Source: Fonticula alba ATCC 38817
Lineage: Eukaryota > Protista > Nucleariida
Reading direction: 5' to 3' (one strand)
Length of the DNA stretch: 64,000 bases
Assembly: GCA_000388065.2 (NCBI GenBank)
Contig: KB932205.1
Below, piece by piece: positions 36,460 through 49,800 of the stretch. The position numbers and the translations under genes are program-made. The notes below the pieces were generated by a model. It saw only the letters and a program-made list of their open reading frames with translations. It made no database searches and had not been told where the DNA came from. Within the stretch, counting starts at the first letter, position 1. The number at the start of each line of letters is the position of its first letter.

Positions 36460-37740
36460 GTGCCACATTAAATGGGGGTTTACGAGCGGCTGGCGGGTTT
36501 ACAATGGGGAGGCGGCTGGCGAGGGGGAGCACAGCTGCAAGGGGCCGATGGGCGGGCGGGCGGGCGGGCGGGCGGGCGGGCGGGCGGAGGGAAAAGCGGC
36601 CTGGACGCCGGCACTATCCCCAGGTCCGCCTCCGATGACCCTCTCTTGGCTGACATCTCCTCCCGGCCGGAGCCGGCTCCCCCCGGTGCAACACGCCACC
36701 GCGGGCCCATTAGTGGCCTCGCCGCGGCTGTGGTGCCTCCGGCTGTCTGGGCTTGGGCCCTTTGCAGACACCTTGGAGAAAGAAGCACCGGTCCGGGCGC
36801 ACGTGCGTGTGCATGTGTGTGTGTGTGTGTGTGCGCACATGTATGCATGCATGCTTGTCCGCAAGAAGTGGGCAGGTGTGCCTGTGCGCTCGTGCGTGGG
36901 TCTGTTAAGTGCCACACTTTATGGCCAGGGGCCAGGGCAGCACCCTCCCTCGGCCGGTGGATTTACACCTGCCCAAGCCCATTCCATGTGGAAGGCCGCC
37001 TCCAAGTGCGCCGCGGCCGTCCGGCATGCCGCGAAGGTGCTTTCCTTGGTGTGCCTCGCAAAGGCCTTCTCCTGACTCGTTCCCTCGCGGGGCTCCCGCC
37101 TGTGGCGCCTTCTGCCTGCCCTCGTCCTTTGGGGTCGCCTAAGAACTTTGTGGCCGTCGACGCACGCCGGGGGGGGAGGGGGGGGGGCAGTCCACGGCAG
37201 GGGACGGAAGGGGGAAATGAGGGGAGGCGCCGGGCGCCCCTTTTTTTGGCGGCCAATTCTGCACGCGGTGCCTTTGGCGGCTGCTGGCGCCCGCACCGGT
37301 GCCAGTAGCCGTGGGGTAGGCAGAGAGTGGTAAGTTCATGGGTTTAGGAGGGGGGGGGGGAAATACTTGGGTCTTGTCTCATGGCGCACACCACCCGCGG
37401 GTCTGTTGTTGGCGGGATCTTCCCCAGCCCAGCCTCGGATGGGGGGGGGGGGGGAGCGTCGGGGGTGGCTTATTGGCACATGCGCCGGGGACTCTTTGCC
37501 CAGCTGGGAACCTCCTCATGTCCTGGCCCTCCCATCGGCACATCGGCACATCGCCCTTCAACGGAGCTCTCCCCACCGGCCGTGTGAGTGTCGCCCTATC
37601 GGTTTATCCGGGCAAGGGAGGAACTGGATGGCATGCACGCACATGCGACAAAGTGTCTCGGTGTATATCCCACAAGCAGGGACACAGGCACACGCGCACT
37701 TCCCCACCCATGACCATGCCCATGTCCGGAGTGTGAGGCA

Positions 37741-37830
37741 CAACGCCCAACACACAACGCCCAACACACAACGCCCAACACACAACGCCCAATACACAAC
37801 GCCCAACACACAACGCCCAAATACACAACA
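37741..37830. repeat. 14-mer minisatellite (CAACGCCCAACACA)x6
   Basis: About six tandem copies, two with a C-to-T variant, decaying into (CA)n. Confidence 0.93.
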
Positions 37831-40800
37831 CACACACACACACACGCACAACACGCAACACATGAGCGATGTTCGCGCCTGCCCGCCCGCCCGCGCGTGT
37901 GCGCGCCCGCGCCCCCATTCGCCTCGGTGTCCCAGAGCCAACTTATCGCCTACCCCCATGCCGACCAACGGCCGCATGGCGATGGGAACCCACCCCTTCC
38001 CCTTTCTTGCATTTTCCCACCTCCCCGCTTTCACCCTGCCCTTTTGCCTCCCACCTTCCCCTCTGCCGGCCTACTCTCCAGACCTGTGCCACGGACGATC
38101 CCCTCCCAAGCGGACACGCAAACGAGCCACCATCGCAAGCGCACGCGCCTGCGAGAGCGAGAGCGTGAGCGAGCGCGACGCCCAGACAGCGAGCGCGAGA
38201 AAGACACACAGAGAGCGAGAGCGAGACAAACAGAAAGACACAGACCGACCGATAGACGACAGACCCGCTGATCTGGTACGTCGCGAGGCCACGGCTTTTG
38301 CCGCCGGTGCGCCGGCCGCCACAGGCCCCTTCCCTTTGGGCGGGAGTCCGTCCGAGACTTCCTCCTGCTCCTCCGCCCCGCCCGGAGCGGTGGGCCTTTC
38401 CCGGATGCCCCGTCCGAGTCCCGGCTGACAGGATTGACATGAATGCTTGCCTTTCGCTGGCCCTTTCGCGATAGATCTCCGCCCATCGAGGATCCCCCCT
38501 CCCTCTGCCGATCTCCTGGGCTCGACTCCCATCAGCAGGCCATAGTGCACATTGGAGGAGATCCCTCTGCGTCTGCCTTCATCTTCAACATCCTCGGTGC
38601 GTCCCTGCTGTCGTGGCTCCTGCCGCCTGTGTGACACGACCGGCTGCAGTGGGCCGTACTCGACGTCCCGTTGAGAGGCACACGCACGCACGCACGCACG
38701 CACGCACATGTACCACGCCCCCTTTTCGAGGATGAAGACCACTCACAAATGGGAGGTCGCTCCAGATTACGTGCGTCTTCGCGCCGCCGTAGTCGACGCG
38801 TCCACCCTTCTTTCTCTCTCTCTCTCTCTCTTCGTGGTATCGTCCTCCTCCTTCCGAACAGCGAGAAGGACAGCTTACTCAGCACGAGGGAACACGCACA
38901 CTCGCAGCAGGGAGCAACTCGCCAGCAAAACGAATCGAAGTACGTGCACGCGAGCATGAGAACACTCGAGACGCCGGGCCAGGCAGAGGGACATGCCGGC
39001 CACGAGGCAGGAGCACGAGCAGCGCGGGGGGGGGGGGGGGAGGAGGATCTACCTGAGCACTGGGTCGTGAAAGCGCGGGAAAGTCCCATTGCGTCGCCTC
39101 CCCCCAATCCTGCCCCGCATGCGCAAACACACAGCATCCTCCGCTTGCGCCTCCCCCCCCCCCTTGCCCGCCCTATTCCACCGTCGCTGACAATTCTGTC
39201 CCACGCCTGCCCCTGGCCTTTCCGGCCCCGCCCCGGGCCAGTTCAGGGATTTCCGCCCGGCCAGGTGCCCGTGATGTACGCATTTTACCGAGTGAATCGC
39301 TACATTCATGTACCAACGCACAAGGTTCGTCCACCACCGCTTCGTTGGCATGCCTCGGGCTCGTGCGGCCGGCCGCCGGGCCCGGAGTGAAGACCGATGC
39401 TTACGGGCGGAGCGCCCCTCTGAGCGCGGGGGGGGTGGGGGGGTGGGGGCGGGATGCGCCGGAGCAGGGCATCTGGCGGCGGGGACGCCCCATGCGCCCC
39501 GCTGCTGAGCCAGGGATCGCACCTGCCATCGAGCCCTGTATATCCGACCATCTGGAGTCCTGGCGGGGGGGGCGGGGGAGGTGGCTGGCCGGCAGGCGCG
39601 CACCCACGCCCATACACATCCCCGGCACACGAGGGCGGAGGTTGGTCCATCCGAAACATACACGCTAACCCTGTTCCGCCGTTGTTTCCCATGCCCGAAT
39701 GCGGCCCCGCATTGATCCACGCGAAGGAATCAGAGTGAAAGGGGCCCACTTCGGTAGCCCCCCTTCGGCCGCGGCCCCCTTCCCTGCTGGCGCCGTGTGC
39801 CTGGCGACCGGCTCCGCTCTGGATGCCTCACTGGCCGCCGGAGCAACGAGCTGACATGTGAAGCCGGGCCTGGGCGAGGGGGGGGGGGGGGGGGGGGGGA
39901 CAGAGTCCGACACAGTCATGCTCGGGGCTTATTTCTGGCCCGGATGTGCCCCTTGAGCCTGCCCATCGCAACGCCGGGGGGCTGCCTGGGCCTCCCCCTT
40001 GGGCTCCTGGCCAACGCCGACAGCGTGAGGGCAGGGCCCGGGTCGGGAGAATGCTCCCCTCCCGCCCCTCCCCTCCTCCTGCGGTGGGGGCCCATCTGTG
40101 CCGCGAGTCGGGTCCCTCGCGGCCACGCACACCCATGTGCCGACAGGCCCCGACGGGAACCGGGCCCGAGAAAGAGAGAGAGAGAGGGGGAAGGGAGCGG
40201 GAGACACACGACCCATGGTCCCGCCACATCTTGGCAACTAACACCGGCATCCTGTGACTGGCTCATGCCGGCCCGAAGCGTGCGTCCCCGCTTCCTCCCC
40301 TTGCCTCGGGTGACCCAGCGACGGAGGACGAGAGTTAGAGCGCGCGCGCGCGCCGCTGCCACGACAAAGCTCTGCCGGGCCCCTGCGCCGGCGCACTGCC
40401 CCCCCCCCCCCCCCCCCCTGCCCACCGAAGACTATCCACCCAGCGAGGTGCGTTATCGCCCGGCTTACGGGGCCGGTTTCCCTGTGCGCTAGCCTTGGCA
40501 ACGCGCTCCCTGTGCGGCCTCTCATGCGGGGCATTCCCTAGGGGTTCCCTGGGCTCTCTCCGCCCCTTAAGGAGGGGTCCTTCCGAAGAATGACCGCGAT
40601 GAGCAGGCGTCCACGCGAGGGTGCCACGGTCGAGGAAGCCACATGGCCCTCTTTTTTTTTTTCGGCGCCCCCGGCCGCCTCCCCCGTCTCGGCCGGCCCG
40701 CACCTCACGGGGGCGGGGCCGGGGAGCGCGCGGCCCGCCGTTGTGTGCCCTTTGCGCGGCCGACTGACGTATCGGCCCTCGTGCCCCGGGGACGCGCCCG

Positions 40801-41119
40801 CCCGCAGCCGCCCACCGGTCGTCCCTTCGACGCTGCACCATGCCGCTGGCGCAAAGTCAGGCCGCCGCCGCGGCCTCACCCTCGGCCGCAGGGCACACGC
40901 TCGTCGGGGAGCCCGGCGTCGGGATGGACTTCCATCATGCGCACCACCACCGGAAGGGCAGCCACACGGGGGCCTTTTGGCCCGCCCGTGAGACGATCGC
41001 CCCGCAGGACGACCCGGCCGAGGCTGCCCCCGCCTACTGTACGTCCTCCACGCATACGCGACAGGGGCAGGGGGGCCTTGCCCCTGCCGCCTCTTTCGCT
41101 TCTCAGTCCCCGAGTGTCC

Positions 41120-41154
<35 letters not shown>

Positions 41155-41486
41155 TTTGTATATGTCTACCTTGTGCTCATGTCGAAGCCCGGGAGGGGGC
41201 GGGGTGTTCGCTCGTGCGAGTTGCAGGCGGTCGGTCGTGGCACACGAGGGTTCCACTGTGCGTCGGGTGCGCGGCGCGCCAACCGACGCCAAGACGCCCT
41301 CACACTCTTCCCGCGGTGGCGACGAACACCCCTGCGCTGGCGCCGACTGAAACATCCCGTCTGGCGGTGCATCGTGGCCGGCGGCGCTCGCACGCGAATC
41401 CGCGCACACACCCACACACATCGAACCGAGCCCGCCGGCACGGGTCGGGGGCGGGGAGGGGGGCCGATGCAAGGACGGGCGAGAAG

Positions 41487-41517
<31 letters not shown>

Positions 41518-44500
41518 CGGCCGGCGCCGGCAGCGGCCTCCCGCCGGGCTGGGGGAGGGGGCCCCAGCCGCGCGTGCCGCTTATGCAGCCGGGCCCCTCC
41601 CTAGCCGGGTTGTCGTCTCCGGGCTCAGGGGCAGCAACCGAGGGGCGCCGAAGAACCCAGCCACGCCAGCCAGGGTGGCAGGGCCACTCAGTCACGCCGC
41701 CGGCGCCGGGCTCCAGACCGGGTGAGGCGGACGAGGGACCGCCCCCGTGTCCAGGCAGGTGGCCCGGAGCGGCGGCGCTCTCTCTCTCTCTCTCTTGCGC
41801 TCCCGGGGGGAGGGGGGCCAGGGCCCGGTCTGGGCGAGCAGGCGGCGCGGGCCGGGCCGGTGGATGCTCGGCCCCTTGGTCCGCCGCCGCCCGTCCGTGT
41901 CTCGGCCTGTTTTGAAACACCCGCGGCCGCATGTGTGGCGGTGCGAGTGCGCGCCGAGATGCTCGGCTGGGCCCAGACGCCGCCGCCGACCGCTGGCCGC
42001 CGGCCGGCCTCGGTCTCCAGTGGTGTTGGAAGGAGGCGAAGACCGGGCCAGGCGCTTGCGGGCGCCGCTTCCAGATGCGGGCTGGATCGCGTGCCCCGCG
42101 CACCGGGGGCAAGGGAGGGGGGGGGCCGTCCCCCGGACCGTAAAGCCTCGCTCCAACTCCCGCCACTCGAGTCCCGGGAGTGCGAGGGCCGAGGCAAGGG
42201 ACGGGCGGAGACCATACCGCCCGCGCTACACACACACACACACATATGTATATATTGATATGCTGCCTGAGCCGTGTGGCACGCTGGCGAATCTCTGACC
42301 GTGAACACCCCCGCTCGTTGGAAAAAAAAAAAACACCACGCCGGCGCCGGCAAAAACAATCCGCCCGCGCCCGCACCGATGATGCTGCCGCACAACAGTC
42401 ACCGGCCCGCGGATGGACCTGGACGCGGGTGCCGCCGACCAGACATGGAAAAACTCCAGCGAAAAGGTACACCGAACCTCCATTGCTTCGTAGAATTATT
42501 CGCATGCCAATTTTGGCCTCGGGTGGGGCATTTTCGGCCCGGCCCATTTTGGACATGCCCCGAACCCCCTAATTGGGCCAGTTCCACTTCCCCCGGCGGA
42601 TGGAGTTCCCGCTTCTTTCCCCGGGCCCGGGGGGGGGGGACGGGGGACGGGGGCGAGGCCCCTGGTCTCCCCCGCATCCACGCTCCCCTGAGTGCAAGTT
42701 CTTCCTCCGATGCGCATCTCCCGCTCGCCCCCCGGCCCTCGTGCCTCGCCCTGTCCCTGTGTATGTGCATCCGCCGGGGACACGACCAGGCTTCGGTCGT
42801 GGGTCATTCACTCGAGTTGCTGGCCCTTTCACCCGTCCCCCACGCCCCGGCTGTAGTCAGCCCGGCTGGCCCAAGTGATTTGACCTCCGGGGGGGGGGGG
42901 GGGGCGTTCCGCCGACCTCGTCCGGCGCACGCTGCCCGGGCGGATGTCGTCGGTCCGTCCTCCGCCCATTCGCCAACCTGCCCGTGCACGACCTTGATCG
43001 AGCAGCGGGCCTACGGCTGGGGCTTGTTTTTTTTTCTTTTCTTTTCCGCCCACGCCCTGCCCCGCACGCCGGGGCCGGGGCCGAAGGCCGAGCGGCAGCC
43101 AGTTGGAAGGAGCAAGAGACTGGCAGGGCAGCCGCTCGGCCTCGGAGTTGGGGTGTTGGGGTCTACGCTAAGTCGTTGCCGTGGAGGACGCCCGCCAGGC
43201 AGCGCTGCCAATGCTTTTTTATTTCATCCCCGGGCGACGGCCCTTCCGCGAGGCGCATTCATCGCGTCGCTCACGCCCCCGGTCCTGATTGCGGTTGCCC
43301 TTCTCGAGGCCGCACCGGGGGCGGGGGGGGGGGGGGGGCATGAGGGGGACAGAGGCCGGCATCGTTGGGCAGGAAGGCCGCAAGCTGGCCCGCCTCGGAC
43401 GCCTCCCGAGTCGGTGTCCAACCGGCAGCCGCGCCTGTGCAGCCGCGCCCCGTGTGTCGTACAATTATCCGCCCCCCCCCCCCCCCCCCCCCCCCCTGGG
43501 GAGAAAATGGTGGCGACGGTCGTGCGCCAAGGGAGGAAGTCCCCGGTGGCTCCTGCCGACTCGACATCGGCCAATTGCCGGGCCAGGGGGCTTCTCTGCC
43601 TTTCGCGCGTCTGCCGGCGCGGCGCGGTGGCCGAGGAGTCTTGTCTCATGAGTGTGTGTGTGTGTGTGTGTGTGTGCCCCCCCCCCCCGCCCCGCCCCCG
43701 GGTAGACTCTCTCCCTCGGACGCGGGCGGCCCCGGGAGAGAGCCAATGACGCCGGGTACGGTCGCAGGACGGGCGGCCTGCTCGCAAACGACTGGTGGGG
43801 CCCCGCCCGCAACTTTCCCCCGTTTATCGCCCCACGCATTCCCCCGGGGCGCCCTGCTGGCGTCTGCCCCAAGGGTGCAGGTTGTGCTCACCGAGAGAGT
43901 CCCAGCGCCGGTGAGGGCCCTCGCCGGCGCCGGCACCCGGGCGGGGGTGTGCTCATCCCACCGGGCGTGCGTATGCCGTACATGCGCCAGTGTAGGCAGG
44001 CATATATGACCGCGGTCGGGCCTCTGGGGGGGGCCTCGAACAGGCCAGCGCGCAGACCAGGTCCATCTCACACTGGATCGACCCCAGACCGGCGCCCTGT
44101 TCGCCCGTCCCAACACGCCTGGTGCAACCTTTACGCAGACCCCGTCCCATGTGGTGTTCACAGTCGACCGCTGTGGACATACCACACCGGTGCACGCCGC
44201 ACCTCCCGGGGGCCCGGGACGCACACACGCACATGCGCGAGAGCGTGCACACGCGAGGGCGCTGCCGGGTCCCTCGCACCCCGTCCGGCGGGGGGCCCCC
44301 TTCCGCGGCTTTTCCCCGGCTTCGCCCCTCCGGCCTTGCGAGTGTGACGCGCCTCGCTGAGTGTGTGTGTGTGTGTGTGTGTGTGGTCCCGCGGTGGCAG
44401 CGAGGCCCTGCGCCCGCACCAAACACTGGCTCATGCTGGTCACATATTGGGACCCCCCTATCCCTCGGTCCCCCACCTACCTGGGCTCTTCTGAGGACGG

Positions 44501-46745
44501 GGGGGGGTGGGGGGGGGGCCGGCCAGCGACACAGCACCGGGTGTCTTCCCATTTTGTGGGCGGTCCAGAAGACGCCTTGGCGGCGATATGGGGTTCGGCC
44601 GGTGGCTGCAGGGCGACCCCGGGCTTCCCATGGCACCTGCGTGCCGGTGTCCGTCTCTGCGCCTGCTCTGCCGCACTTCGCCCCCCCGCTCGCCTGTTCT
44701 CGCGACCTGCGAGGCGCATCCTGGGCGAAAGCGGGGCCGCGGAAGCCGACAAGACCGCGGACAGGGGGGACCACCAGCACCCTGCTCCCCTCTTTGCGGG
44801 CGGCTGCACAGGCACACACTCACACACAGCCAGCCAGCCAGCCAGCCAGCCAGACCCACACATGCATGCGCACACACACACACACACACACAGGGGGCCC
44901 AAGTTGCCCGATTGTTGAGTACCTTGTCATTTTCACCCGCATGTGCCCCCCTTCCCGTCGCACCACCCCCTGGGCTGGCGTGGCGGATGTTCCACCCGGC
45001 CGGTTCGTCCTGGCGAAAGGCGCAATTCACCGCCCCCCCCCCCTACCTGGGCGCCTTTTGGACAAAATGCGCTTTCCACGCCCCGGTCCCCCGGCCCGTG
45101 GTCCCGAGAGACGCGCCTGTGTTTCATCATGGCGCCGTGAGCCTCTGATGCACGTTTGGCGACCGACCTCCGTGCGAATGGCCTGCCCCACGGCTCCTGA
45201 CGACCCAACGAGCGGCCCGGGCCAGGGCCAGCCACAGCGCGAAAGCGAGTGGGAGAAAGAGGGCGACAGGGGGGGGGGGGAGAGAGGCACCGGGCCCAGC
45301 TCACCGCGTACACAGCCGCCGCATCCATGGAGAGTGGGCACGTCTCTGCCGCCGTTGCCCGCCGGCAAGCCACCGGCCGACGGGGCATGCGTGCACCCCC
45401 TCCGCATGCGGCCGACAAGTGTGCCTCCCGTGTGGCCGGGCCTGCCGGCCGTGTTCTCCCCTGTGGCCGAGCAGATGGGCGCAGGCCGGGAACAGGAGAC
45501 GGGGCGCCCCGACGTGCGAACGCGTCCGTACACATACCCCCCTTTCTGTTGTTTGGCCCGGAACATTTCCCCCCACCCCCGTCCCCACTCCTCCCCCCGG
45601 AGGGACGGCACACGGGAACGGCGCGAGCAGCCGCTCCCACACCGCCCACCCGCCGCCGGGACGATATGCTCCCCCCCCCCCTCCCGCTCTCGGACTGCAA
45701 AATGTCCCGACCGGCCGCAGGTGCCCCACAGCCGCGCCTGCTTTTTTTTTCCCACATTCACGGCTCCTCCCGAGAGTCTGGGTGCCGGCGCCATTGCCGA
45801 AGTACTCGCTCAACATGCGAGAGCAAGAACGGGGCGGGGGCGGGGGCGAGGTGCCATCCGGGTTGGCAACGAGCTCCCCTCCTGCCCCACTCAGCTGTGC
45901 ACAGACGCACGGGGGTGGGTGGGGGGGGGGGGGAACGATGTGGCAAGGCAGGCGGATTTCCGCTCGTCTCACGCCCACCCCCCTCCCCCCCTTTCCGGAG
46001 GTGGGTGGCTGGCTGGGGGCAGAGACGTGCTGGAGCGAGCGAACTGGCAGCAATGCCCGTCGATGATCGACGCGCTCGGAGCTGGCGCACGCGCGCTTTC
46101 CGGCGATTTTCGCCGAGCCATGCTCCGGAACAGGCGCGCGAGGCGAGGGCGCCCCGGCGGCCGCCAAAGAGAGATTCCCGCCCGCGATCCCGCTCGCCAC
46201 CGAGCCACCCCCCCCCACCCCCCCCCCCCCCCCCCTCCACCACCCCCACGAAAAAACAGACCACCAACAGCCGCCTCCCAGACCCGCCTGCTCGGCTTGG
46301 TGGTCTGCATCCCTATTGCCCTCTTCTCTCCCTTTGCCAGTCTGCACGCGCACTCCCCCCCTCCTCGCTCGTGGTCGCTCCCGCCTGCGCCCCCATCCCC
46401 CCCCCCTTTCCGTGCGCGGCCAGCTGCCCTATTTAGAGTACATGTCCTTCGCCGGCCTTGCGCCCGGCAGCCTCCCCACTTTTGGGCACTGGCCCCGGAC
46501 GCGATCGCATGACCATGGCCCCATCTCGCGCTTCTGCATACTCCCCCCGCCCTGCCCCGCCCCGCCCCGCCCCCTCGCCCCTTTGCCTCCTCTTGCGGCT
46601 GCCGCGCCTCCTGCGCAGCACCCCCTACCCTTGCCTGTCCCATCTGCCGTTCCCTATCCCCGCGTCCTGACCCCTCCCCCCCCTCCCCCCGCGCCCACCA
46701 ACCTGGCACCCGTTGCTCCTTCACGTCCTGCCCCATGCTTTCCAG

Positions 46746-46863
46746 CTTCCGAGCTTGCACCTGACTGGCAACCAGGACTCGATCAAGCGCCACTGCTCTG
46801 TGGCCCCCAGCTCCAGTCAGCCGGAGCTCCATTCTGCCGAGGATCAGGCAGCTATTGTGTTGC

Positions 46864-46896
<33 letters not shown>

Positions 46897-49800
46897 TCCA
46901 CCAGCTTCAGGGGGAGTATCTTTCGCCGCAGCCGCCCCCTCCCGGGGCGACCACCTTGCCCAGCGCCACTGCCGACAGCGCGGCGGCCCCTGCCGCCTCG
47001 CCTGGGATGTACTCGGTCGACAACGGCCCCGCGACATCCCCCCAGCGCGGCCAGCCAGGCCAGGTGCGCACCCCGCTCCAGGCACCACCCTACCAACAGT
47101 CGTCGACGCCCTACCAGTCGACATCGTACCAGCTGTCTCCGCAGTCCTACGGCCAACAGCAGCAGCAGCAGCAGCTGCTACTGCAATCCTACATCCAGCA
47201 GCAGACGCGGCAGCTTCCCGCCACGAGCAGCACCGCTGGCAATTCCCAAGCCGACCAGCAGCACCTGCTGCTGCCCGCGGCTGGTGCCGTGAACGCCGGC
47301 TTCCCCTCGGCCACAGCAGGCAGCACTCCCATCGCTGCCCAGTACGTCCAGTCGGCCGGCAGCCAGTACGCACTGGCTCCCCAGTCAGCCTCGTACTCCC
47401 CGTCTCCCTATCAGCCAGCAGGCTCGTACACACAGTCGGCCTCTCCGCAGTACCTTCTGCAGCAGCTGGCCCCAGCCCAACAGTCGGGCCAATATCACGG
47501 CCAGTCGCAGCCGCCGCCGCCGCCGTCGTCGCAGCAACAGCAGCAGCAGCAACAACAACAACAACAACAACAACCTCACAACGGTGCCTGGGCTCTCGCG
47601 TCCGGCCAGCACCAGCCGATCACCGAGCCGCATCACGGCGACATGCCGCCAGCCAGTGATGCCTACCTCCTGGACGCCGGGCTCCTGCTGCCGAATGGAG
47701 GCAAGGTCACCGGGCTCCTTTCTTCGGCCTCCGCGAGCGGGCTGTCCGGGTCGGCCGGGCCAGCGGAGGAAGGCCCGCCGGTCCTCGGGGACTCGGGGCT
47801 CGCGTGCGGGCGCCCGCCCACTGGCATGGCCCTTCTCATGGACCCGGCGGGTCCCTCTCAGGGGGGGCCCGGCGCGGCCGGGGCCACCATCGGCCCGGCT
47901 GCGGCCGCGGGAAACACCCCCCACGGCGCCATCGCCGCCACTCCGAGCGGTGGGAATCCGATGCCGGAGGCCTCCCCCTCCGACGAGGCATTCGGCTTCC
48001 TCTCGGCACTGGTCAACACCGGCACGGGGGCCGGCGGCATGGCAGGTGGCCAGCCGCTCAAGCGCCGCCGCCAGCAGCTGGATGACATGCAGCATCTCAT
48101 CAGCAGCGCCGGCCTCGGCAGCAGCAGCACCGGCGCCCTGTCCACAGCAGACCCGGAGGACGACATGCTGCGAACCGCCGACATGGCGGAGTACCTTCAG
48201 GCGCCCGGGGCTGGCGGCGGCCCCGGCGGCGGGGGCGGCACCGCCCGCCGGTCATCCTCCTCGCCCCCCGGCGGGGTGGGCGATCTGTCGGACCCGCAAT
48301 CCGCCGGCGAGGAGCTGGCCGATGCCGACACGCGCCAATCGGCCGCCGGGGCAGCCGGTGCCGCCAGCGGCGCCGGCCAGCGCCGGGGAAAGAGCATGCG
48401 CCAGCGCCGCAGCGAGATCGAGCAGCGCTCCCGGCAACTCCAGCGCCGCAACTTCCAGTACATCACCGAGACCCTGATCGATCGCAGCCTGACCGAGGCG
48501 GCCGTCATGCGGTGTGAGAGCGTCGCGCAGCACACTCTCTCGGCGCAGCTCCGTGGGTGCGTCCTCTGCCTGGAGGGCCGGCCGGCGGGGGGAGGGTGTC
48601 TTAGTTTGTTTGTTTGTTTGTTTGTTTTTTTGCCCGTCCCTCCTGCCGAGGCCGGGCTAGCCAGCCGGCCGGCCGGCCGGCCGAAAGGGGGGCGGGGGAG
48701 GATCATGGCGCATGGTGCCCCCAGGCATGGTGCCCCCCGCTCCGGCCCCGCTCCTGAAGCGTCCACACTTTGAAGATATTGACATTTGCGGATGCTGTTT
48801 TTGTCCATGTGCCCCCCCCCCCTCCCTTGGCACGACTGGCCCCCATCTTGGCCATCTCGCGTCCGTCTGCTCGCTCGGTCTTCGGGTTTCCCGTCATGAT
48901 GACCCCACGTGCGGCCACCATGACCATATCGTCCACACGCTCGCGTATCCAGCATTGTCGAGCAGTTCAAAAACCAGAGCACCACCGACCAGCTCAAGGG
49001 CGATGGCACCAGCGCGGTACGCCGGCCGCGCCTCTGCCCGGGCCTTTCCGGAATGAAGAAGAAAGCCCATGTGAATACGTGCCACAAGGAATGCTGACAG
49101 CTCATCGCGCGAACAATTCGCCCCTCCCTTCGGCCCGGGTCCTGCCTCCTGGTCTCGGGGATCGCGAAGAGCCTCTTCCCCATGCCGGAGCCCAATCTCA
49201 TCAAAAACAAGGAGCAGGTCCAGGAGTACATCAAGTCGGTATGTCGCCCGCGCTCCGCCCTCTCGCCGGGCCAATTGTGTCCCTGGCGCGTGCACGCATG
49301 CACGCATGCACAGCACACGCCCCCCCCTTCTCCCGCCTGCCCCCTCCCTCCCCACCCTACACACACAGACACACACGCACACACGTACAGGGGGGAGGAA
49401 GTGGGCTTATTTTTCCGGGGCCCGCCCTGTTGCCGTCAGTCAAGCCTGGTGATCGGGTCTGCCGTCACGCCGCCGAGGCTGCCTTAACTAGGCGCTGAGT
49501 CCGGCTGCCGGCGCCTCTCGCCTCCTCTCCACCGCCCCTCGAGTTAAGTCGCGCCCGCGAGCGAGCACCAACTGACCCTCGACGCTGCTTTGCGCATGCA
49601 CCCAGCTGAATGCCCTGCCCAATCAGAATGTCCCCTCGCGCACGGTCCAGTCCAAGATGTACACCTTTCTGCGGAATATCTTCGACGCCGGGTCAGTAGA
49701 GGGGCGCCGGCGTTTCCGGTGGGATGTCAGCACGGAATTCACCGGCGTCGACGTCAAGCTCATGCGCATGTGGCTGGACATGTGCGTGTCCCTCTCTCTC

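Noticed and set aside
37741-37830. Tandem repeat considered as CRISPR array
   Set aside because: No spacers, 14-nt unit, eukaryotic context, no cas genes.
39070-39090. GGGAAAGTCC resembling RNase P/MRP conserved region I; also U-rich run near 40650 as a Pol III terminator
   Set aside because: Following bases do not fit and no matching 3' P4 strand or snRNA/tRNA/SRP motifs were found by eye.
44122-46512. 796-aa plus-strand ORF upstream of the transcription factor
   Set aside because: Runs through (GT)n, (CA)n, (CAGC)n and G/C runs, has no codon bias or motif; judged non-coding.
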